A stretch of 64,000 bases of DNA from a virus. Positions 57,434-64,000 of the stretch are shown piece by piece. The stretch spans positions 1 to 64,000 of the IMG/VR virus record IMGVR_UViG_3300023174_000120; one strand, written 5' to 3'. The notes under the pieces are model-generated. The model searched no databases. It was not told where the DNA came from and saw nothing but the letters and a program-made list of their open reading frames with translations. The translations under genes were made by a program, and so were the position numbers. Position 1 is the first letter of the stretch; every line of letters begins with the position of its first letter.

Positions 57434-59515
57434 ATGGTAGCACCATTGCTAGCAGGAGCAGCAGCAGCAGCAGGAACGGCGCTCGGTGGAGTGGCAAAAG
57501 GTGCCGAAGTTGCTGGCAAGGCGCTCGATAGGGCTGCAGGTATAGCTGAAACTTTCATATCTGCATCGTTCAGTATGTCTAAAGCCGCTACCACCGGGGC
57601 AGCCAGTCTCGGTGATATGGGAGCCGCAGTAGGTCAGGTAGCCAGTTTGATTCCAGTGGTAGGAGCAGCCTTTGCCTCGGTGTTGAACACTGCTATCGCA
57701 ACCTTAGAAAAAAATATAGAAACACAAAAAACTCTCAGTGATGTTGGAGCAACATTCGGGGGTGAGCTTAAAACTCTTCGTGCCTCTGCCAATAGCACGT
57801 ACCTCAGTATGGATCAATACGCAAAGGTAGTTAGTGCAAGTGGAGATGTATTGGCATCATTTAACGGCGGTGTACAAAACGGAACTAAAAACTTTACCAA
57901 TGTTTTAACAAGTCTACTAAAAAATGGATCAACTACCGGAGATATGTTGGCCAATCTTGGCATAGGGTTCGAAGAAGGCGCTCAACTAACAGCACAATTC
58001 ATGCGTGGGTTGGGTAATATGAATAGAACCGGTCAAATGAGTGCTGACCAATTGGCAAAGGCCAGTGCTGATTATGCTGTAGAATTAACTGGACTTAGTC
58101 AGTTAACTGGACAAAGCAGAAAAGCACTAGCTGAAAAAGTCAACGAGGAAATGGCCGAAGCACAATTTCAAAATTTTCTCAACACACTTGATCCCACAGA
58201 AGCTGCAAAACTACAAGAAGCTGTGGCTCAAGAATTTGCGGTATCGGGTAAAGCAGGAGCCGATGCGTTAAAAGCATCTGCTGCTGGCTTTCCACCAATG
58301 ACACAGGCTTCGAGATTGTTTACAGCTACACAAGAAGCCAGTGTAGGGAGACAACAAGAATTAATAAGCAAAATAAGAGACTCTAGTGTGGATCTTGATA
58401 CCTTTCGAGTTCAATCAAAAACAATATTAGCAAACTCTCTAGAAGGCATGAGAGAAGATCAAAAGAAAATTGCTACCGCGGCCATGGCAGGGGTTTTAGC
58501 CGGAGGATCAGAGCTTAGTAAATCTATTGAATCAATTACTAAATTGTTAAACGCTACATATGGAAAAGGTGCTGCTGAAATAGAAGGTTATTTTAAACAA
58601 CTTAGATTAACAGCCCCCGATGCAGGTACAGATGCCGCTATAGGTGTTAGACAAACAAAAGAAATAATAGCACAGTCAAATGCTACTTTATCAAAACTAC
58701 AGCCATTTCTTGACTCGGCCCTAGTAGCAGGAACCAAAATGTCTAGCATATTAAATGGAGTTGCTGGAGTGATAGCCGGTAAACTACCATTTATAACTAA
58801 TTTTGTTTTGGGAAAGATGGAGATACTGACCGACAAAGCAGAAAAGGCAATAGGTGCAGAACTAACTGAAGAAAATGCAATGGCAGCTTTTGACAAATTT
58901 TTGAATAAAACCGGAGAATTAGGAAAAACTGGAATTGATGCTCTATTTGGTGATAAAGATGCCCAAAGAAAATTCTTTGCAGATTTAAAATCTGGATGGG
59001 ATAGTGTAATGAAACATATTAAAGATTCAATTCCTAAACTTTCAGATTTTTTATTTGGAAATCGACCAGCACCGGGTGGTGAGGGTACACCTAGTGGAAC
59101 ACCCCCAAAACCGCCACAAACTCTGGCAGAAGAAATCGCAGATGCATTAAGAAAACAATTAGGATTAGGAGCTCCGAAAATTTCAGAAGGAGCCCCAACA
59201 GAATTGCCAAAGCCCCCTCCGGGATACAAATATCCGGGCATGGCTGACGGTGGCGAAACGACACCCGGAACTTATCTTGTCGGAGAAAGAGGACCCGAAT
59301 TAGTAAGCCTCGGTAATCGCGGTGATGTTATTAACAATGACAATCTCACTGCTTTGATATCTGCGTTGTCTAATCAGAACGGCATGGGAGAAAGTATAAA
59401 TCAGTTAAATAACACTAATGGTCAAATGCTAGCAGCAATTAAAGACTTGATAGATATTAGTAAACGAAATTTAACTGCTACTCGAGGCCTAAACGGAAAC
59501 CTATTCGCGGCTTAA
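57434..59515 (+). CDS. tail tape-measure-like protein
   Basis: Ala/Gly-rich helical 693 aa, with a 'MADGG...YLVGERGPELV' C-terminal motif. Confidence 0.7.
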   Translation: MVAPLLAGAAAAAGTALGGVAKGAEVAGKALDRAAGIAETFISASFSMSKAATTGAASLGDMGAAVGQVASLIPVVGAAFASVLNTAIATLEKNIETQKTLSDVGATFGGELKTLRASANSTYLSMDQYAKVVSASGDVLASFNGGVQNGTKNFTNVLTSLLKNGSTTGDMLANLGIGFEEGAQLTAQFMRGLGNMNRTGQMSADQLAKASADYAVELTGLSQLTGQSRKALAEKVNEEMAEAQFQNFLNTLDPTEAAKLQEAVAQEFAVSGKAGADALKASAAGFPPMTQASRLFTATQEASVGRQQELISKIRDSSVDLDTFRVQSKTILANSLEGMREDQKKIATAAMAGVLAGGSELSKSIESITKLLNATYGKGAAEIEGYFKQLRLTAPDAGTDAAIGVRQTKEIIAQSNATLSKLQPFLDSALVAGTKMSSILNGVAGVIAGKLPFITNFVLGKMEILTDKAEKAIGAELTEENAMAAFDKFLNKTGELGKTGIDALFGDKDAQRKFFADLKSGWDSVMKHIKDSIPKLSDFLFGNRPAPGGEGTPSGTPPKPPQTLAEEIADALRKQLGLGAPKISEGAPTELPKPPPGYKYPGMADGGETTPGTYLVGERGPELVSLGNRGDVINNDNLTALISALSNQNGMGESINQLNNTNGQMLAAIKDLIDISKRNLTATRGLNGNLFAA

Positions 59516-59552
59516 TTATGATAAAGAAACAGTCCAATAACGGGGAAATCTA

Positions 59553-61292
59553 ATGGCAGGATGGCGTAAGTATTTTACTCCCGTTAACACTGGTGGACGA
59601 CTAAGTCCAGTTAGCGGCTCAATGAGCTCAGGTGGTTCAACAAACCCTAGCAGGACCAACTATTCCAGCTACCTGCCCGACGTTTATTCAGGTCATCCTA
59701 ATCGTCTTGAACGCTATGGTCAATACGATACCATGGACTGGGACAGCGAAGTCAACGCTGCCCTGGATATCCTAGCAGAATTCTGCACACAGGCCAACGA
59801 AGAAAATGGTACACCGTTTCAAGTATTCTTTAAAGAATCTGCCACCGGCACTGAAATTAAAATCATTAAAAAGTATCTACAGCAGTGGACCAAACTCAAC
59901 AAGTTCCATACTAGAATTTTTAAAATTGTTCGCAATGCTTTTAAATACGGTGATACATTCTTTGTTAGAGATCCTGAAACACAAGCATGGATGTATGTAG
60001 ATCCTGCCAAAGTTGATAAAGTTATTGTAAATGAAAGTGAAGGTAAGAAACCGGAACAATATATCATCAGAGATTTTAACCCCAACTTAGAAACACTGGC
60101 CACTACTGCTATTAACCCTAGCAATGTACACGGTGGCGGCAATCAGTTTGGTGGCAGCTATGGCACAGGACAAGGCGGCGCCGGTGGATCGCGTGGTATG
60201 GTTGGAGCATTTCCTAGCAGCACCAACAGCAGCAGATTCCAACAGAATCAAAACCAGTATGCTATTGATGCCAAGCACGTAATACATATCAGTATGAGTG
60301 AAGGGTTAGATAACAACTATCCCTTTGGTAATAGCCTAATGGAAAGCATCTTCAAAGTGTTCAAACAAAAAGAATTACTTGAGGACAGTATTCTAATCTA
60401 TCGTATTCAACGTGCTCCGGAGCGACGTGTATTTTATATTGACGTGGGCAATATGCCCAGTCATTTGGCTATGAGTTTTGTTGAACGTGTTAAGAATGAA
60501 GTTAATCAACGTCGTATTCCTAGTACCACTGGCGGTAGTCAAACTGTAGTAGATGCTGGTTATAATCCTCTCAGCATCAACGAAGATTACTTCTTCCCAC
60601 AGACAGCAGAAGGTCGCGGTAGTAAAGTTGAAATCCTTCAAGGCGGTCAGAATCTAGGAGAAATTGATGATCTTAAATATTTTACCAATAAGCTATTTAG
60701 AGCTCTCCGTATACCTAGTAGTTATCTACCAACTGGTGCCGATGATGGCGGCAGCAACTTCAATGATGGCCGAGTCGGGACAGCATATATTCAAGAGTTG
60801 AGATTTAATGAATATTGTAAGCGTCTACAAAGCCTTATGCATGAAGCATTTGATACTGAATTCAAACGATATATAGCCAACAAAGGCATTAACATTGACA
60901 GTAATATTTTTGATGTTAAGTTCAATCCACCTCAAAACTTTGCCAGTTATCGTCAGGCAGAAATGGACACAGCCCGTGTTAATACATTTAATGTAATGGT
61001 AGCAGTTCCTTTCGTTAGCAAACGATTTGCTATGAAGCGTTTCTTGGGCATGACCGCAGAGGAAGTGGCAGAAAACGAGCGTATGTGGAAAGAAGAAAAC
61101 ATTGACGAAGATACTAAACTCAGTGCCAGTGCTGAAATGCGCAGCGCAGGAGTCACTGCCAATACCATGGCAGGGGATTTGAGTAATTTAAGTGCTAATA
61201 CAGCAGAGCCGATACCTCCAGGAACCGAAGGAGCACCTACTGCAAGTGGGCCAACTCCGCCCGCAGCCGCTGGGGCAACTACCCCTCCCTAA
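59553..61292 (+). CDS. gp20: portal protein (gp20-like)
   Basis: LEDSILIYRIQRAPERRVFYIDVGNMP, EDYFFP and GGQNLGEIDDLKYF. Confidence 0.96.
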   Translation: MAGWRKYFTPVNTGGRLSPVSGSMSSGGSTNPSRTNYSSYLPDVYSGHPNRLERYGQYDTMDWDSEVNAALDILAEFCTQANEENGTPFQVFFKESATGTEIKIIKKYLQQWTKLNKFHTRIFKIVRNAFKYGDTFFVRDPETQAWMYVDPAKVDKVIVNESEGKKPEQYIIRDFNPNLETLATTAINPSNVHGGGNQFGGSYGTGQGGAGGSRGMVGAFPSSTNSSRFQQNQNQYAIDAKHVIHISMSEGLDNNYPFGNSLMESIFKVFKQKELLEDSILIYRIQRAPERRVFYIDVGNMPSHLAMSFVERVKNEVNQRRIPSTTGGSQTVVDAGYNPLSINEDYFFPQTAEGRGSKVEILQGGQNLGEIDDLKYFTNKLFRALRIPSSYLPTGADDGGSNFNDGRVGTAYIQELRFNEYCKRLQSLMHEAFDTEFKRYIANKGINIDSNIFDVKFNPPQNFASYRQAEMDTARVNTFNVMVAVPFVSKRFAMKRFLGMTAEEVAENERMWKEENIDEDTKLSASAEMRSAGVTANTMAGDLSNLSANTAEPIPPGTEGAPTASGPTPPAAAGATTPP

Positions 61293-61305
61293 GATAAATA
61301 ACAGT

Positions 61306-61551
61306 ATGATACTGAGAGAATTCATTTATTTCAATAAAGATCATCCCGATCCACAAGATGATGGTAGTTATCTTAGTCAGAATGATACTACAGTGTTGCG
61401 GCAAGGCGACCTACGTAAAAGCAGATTGACACTGCGTATGATCAACGATATACGCAAAGCAGCCGAATCTCACAGTAAAGAAGTTAAAAAAGAGTTAGGG
61501 TTAGTTAGAAAGATGTATGCAGCTCCTCCAGCAGAAGCGATACCTAGATAA
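61306..61551 (+). CDS. small prohead-associated protein
   Basis: MILREF start after a TAAATA box, between the portal and core genes. Confidence 0.65.
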   Translation: MILREFIYFNKDHPDPQDDGSYLSQNDTTVLRQGDLRKSRLTLRMINDIRKAAESHSKEVKKELGLVRKMYAAPPAEAIPR

Positions 61552-61721
61552 CTACCAGTATAAATTTTTGTTGAATTTTTAACAAAAACTTGTCAAACCA
61601 GAGGTAAAACTCTGTCATAAAAGGTCAAAACGATTCGTTTTAGGCCTATTTCGTGTAGCATATTTGTAATGGTCTTAAATATAGAATAGCCTTGCCGCTA
61701 ACCTATAGGAGAATTTTTAAT

Positions 61722-62717
61722 ATGTCTACGAAATTTGAACAATTATTAGACTATCTAGTAAATGAAGAAATGGATAAGGCCAATGAGCTTTTCCATGAGA
61801 TCGTTGTAGAGAAGTCAAGAACAATTTATGAAAACCTCATTGCTGAAGAAGATGATGAGATGGATGAGTCTATGAACGACGAAGAAATGGACGAGTCTGC
61901 TGAAGAAGAAATGGACGAGTCTGCTGAAGAAGAAATGGACGAAGGTTCCGAGGAACTAGAAGACAGTTTTGTAATGGACGCCGACGATGACATGGGCGGT
62001 GAAGAAGGTGATGCTACTGATGATTTTGGTAGTGACATCGAAGCCGATATGGATCACGAAGAAGGTGGCGAAGATCAGGCCATGTTTGACATCAAGAACG
62101 CCATTGAAGAACTAGAAGCAGCCTTTGCTGAACTAGAAGCAGCCCAGGGCGGTGAAATGGGCGATGAGTTCGGTGATGAAGAAGGTGACGAAGAGTTTGG
62201 CGATGAAGAAGACGACGAAGAGCTCGAAATGGGCATGTTCGAAGGACGTCGCTTACGTGAATATCGTGAAGCCGTTAGTGATGGACACGGTGCCGAAAAG
62301 AAAGGTGCTGCCGAAGGCGGTATCGTAGGTGCTAACACAGGCGAGAAAATGCCCAGTGGTACTAATACCAAGAGCATTGTAAGCAGTGGTAAAGGCAAGC
62401 CCACAACTGGTGCTGATGCTAAAAACATTCTAGGCAAGAGTGCTACTGCTGCCGAAGATGGTACATCACCACATGGTAAAGTTGGCGGTTTAGTTAAGAG
62501 TGGTGGCCAGTTTACTAAAGGTGTTGAAAAGAACATCGCTAGCAGCTCTAAGGCCAGCATGAAAGACGGTGCTGCTCTAAACAAGCAGGGTTCCGGATAT
62601 CCTAGCAACAACAAGACCCCAGGTCCAGTTGGTAGTGGTACAGGCGACAAGGCTGGTCAGACCAGTGTTGGACAGGTTAAGAGCCCACTAAACGGCGCTC
62701 CTAATCGTAACGCCTAA
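61722..62717 (+). CDS. acidic prohead core/internal protein
   Basis: SD GGAG, a very acidic central region with MDE repeats, and a position before the protease. Confidence 0.7.
   Translation: MSTKFEQLLDYLVNEEMDKANELFHEIVVEKSRTIYENLIAEEDDEMDESMNDEEMDESAEEEMDESAEEEMDEGSEELEDSFVMDADDDMGGEEGDATDDFGSDIEADMDHEEGGEDQAMFDIKNAIEELEAAFAELEAAQGGEMGDEFGDEEGDEEFGDEEDDEELEMGMFEGRRLREYREAVSDGHGAEKKGAAEGGIVGANTGEKMPSGTNTKSIVSSGKGKPTTGADAKNILGKSATAAEDGTSPHGKVGGLVKSGGQFTKGVEKNIASSSKASMKDGAALNKQGSGYPSNNKTPGPVGSGTGDKAGQTSVGQVKSPLNGAPNRNA
61878..61945 (+). repeat. 24-nt coding tandem repeat (EEEMDESA)
   Basis: About 3 copies of gaagaagaaatggacgagtctgct. Confidence 0.85.
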
Positions 62718-62728
62718 TAGAGAAACAG

Positions 62729-63358
62729 ATGAAGTTGGCATATCTACGCGAGCATCTAAGTTTTGACCAGAGCGGTATTGTTCTGGAAAGCGATGACAAG
62801 GATGGTAAGAATCTTTATTTAAAAGGTATTACCATCCAAGGTGGTATTCGCAATGCCAACCAACGTGTTTATCCAGTGGATGAAATTGAACGTGCTGTAA
62901 AAACACTGAATGATCAAATTCAAAATGGTTATTCAGTGTTAGGCGAAGTTGATCATCCCGATGATTTAAAAGTAAATTTGGACCGTGTGTCTCATATGAT
63001 TACTCATATGTGGATGGAAGGTCCTAATGGATATGGAAAGATGAAAATCCTTCCTACGCCGATGGGTAATTTAATTCGTACTATGCTTGAAAGCGGTGTA
63101 AAACTTGGCGTAAGTTCTCGTGGTAGCGGCAATGTCAACGACATGAACGGCCATGTATCCGATTTTGAGATTATCACAGTAGATGTGGTTGCCCAACCCA
63201 GTGCCCCTGGTGCTTATCCTACTCCTGTTTACGAGCATCTAATGAATGCTCGTGGAGGAAACAAAGCATTTAAGGTTGCACAAGAAACGAAAGAAGATCC
63301 AAAGGCCCAGAAATATTTGAAGGAAAGTCTCCTTCAAATTATTAAAGGTCTAAAATAA
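62729..63358 (+). CDS. gp21: prohead protease (gp21-like)
   Basis: NANQRVYP, LGEVDHP, VSH, LGVSSRGSG and DVVAQPSAP. Confidence 0.95.
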   Translation: MKLAYLREHLSFDQSGIVLESDDKDGKNLYLKGITIQGGIRNANQRVYPVDEIERAVKTLNDQIQNGYSVLGEVDHPDDLKVNLDRVSHMITHMWMEGPNGYGKMKILPTPMGNLIRTMLESGVKLGVSSRGSGNVNDMNGHVSDFEIITVDVVAQPSAPGAYPTPVYEHLMNARGGNKAFKVAQETKEDPKAQKYLKESLLQIIKGLK

Positions 63359-63376
63359 GCCCGAGGAGAAAAGCAA

Positions 63377-64000
63377 ATGGACGCATTCAAGCAATTGGTC
63401 GAAAGTGGGTTAATTAATGAAGATGTAAGATCTGAGTTAGAAACCGCCTTCGCCCAAAAATTACAAGAGAATCGCGACCAAGTCACCGCTGAACTTCGTG
63501 AAGAATTCGCACAAAAATACAGCCACGATAAGTCTGTTATGGTTGAGGCGATCGACAAGATGTTAAGCGATAGATTGGCCGTAGAGATGTCCGAGTTGCA
63601 CGAAGATAGAACAGGTCTAGCAGAAGCTAAACAGGCATACAAACGAAAGATGACTGAAGATAGCCGTAAGCTAGAAGGTTTTGTAATCAACCAGCTTGGT
63701 AAAGAACTAGTAGAGTTCCAAAACGATCGTAAGAAAGTTAGCGAGAACTTTTCTAAATTAGAGCAATTCGTAGTACATGCTCTAGCCAGAGAAATCAAAG
63801 AGTTTGCCATTGACAAACGTGACCTAGCTGAAACCAAAGTCAAGCTAGTACGTGAGGCCAAAGACAAATTTGAGACTATCAAACAAAGTTTCATTAAACG
63901 ATCTGCCAAGGTCGTTGAAGCCACAGTTACACGTAAGTTAACATCTGAAATCAAGCAATTGAAAGAAGATATTGACAGCAGCCGTAACAACAGCTTCGGT
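63377..64000 (+). CDS. gp22: prohead scaffold/core protein (gp22-like), 3'-truncated
   Basis: GAGGAG SD, then an ATG-started frame MDAFKQLVESGLINEDVRSELETAF... that runs off the window as a coiled coil. Confidence 0.8.
   Translation, partial: MDAFKQLVESGLINEDVRSELETAFAQKLQENRDQVTAELREEFAQKYSHDKSVMVEAIDKMLSDRLAVEMSELHEDRTGLAEAKQAYKRKMTEDSRKLEGFVINQLGKELVEFQNDRKKVSENFSKLEQFVVHALAREIKEFAIDKRDLAETKVKLVREAKDKFETIKQSFIKRSAKVVEATVTRKLTSEIKQLKEDIDSSRNNSFG

Overview
This is a 64-kb segment of a large T4-like (myovirus-type) dsDNA phage genome. On the + strand (1-22,981) there is a head-associated modular protein, a deaminase and a replication block (DsbA, family-B DNA polymerase, sliding clamp, RNase H-like nuclease, ThyA). 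That block is interleaved with a 7-deazaguanine DNA-modification set (DpdA-like transglycosylase, QueD/DpdL-like T-fold protein, GT-B glycosyltransferase, MazG-like protein, QueE), a subtilase-autotransporter and a MoxR/VWA pair. The - strand (22,978-51,032) carries a tail-fibre/baseplate operon, including a 4,273-aa protein. After it come a gp55-like late sigma factor, gp47/gp46, an Hc1-like protein, a GIY-YIG nuclease, a ~430-nt densely structured non-coding region, a gp26-like chaperone, tape measure, portal, prohead core, protease and scaffold. The best leads are: (1) the structured, pseudoknotted RNA candidate behind the GIY-YIG gene; (2) a deazaguanine pathway with a glycosyltransferase, whose DpdA carries a copy of the polymerase's C-terminal clamp-binding peptide; (3) an unannotated -1 frameshift fusing gp26-like and gp51-like ORFs; (4) twin hairpins with a shared loop in the polymerase translation-initiation region. 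All calls come from manual motif reading; no database searches or folding programs were run.
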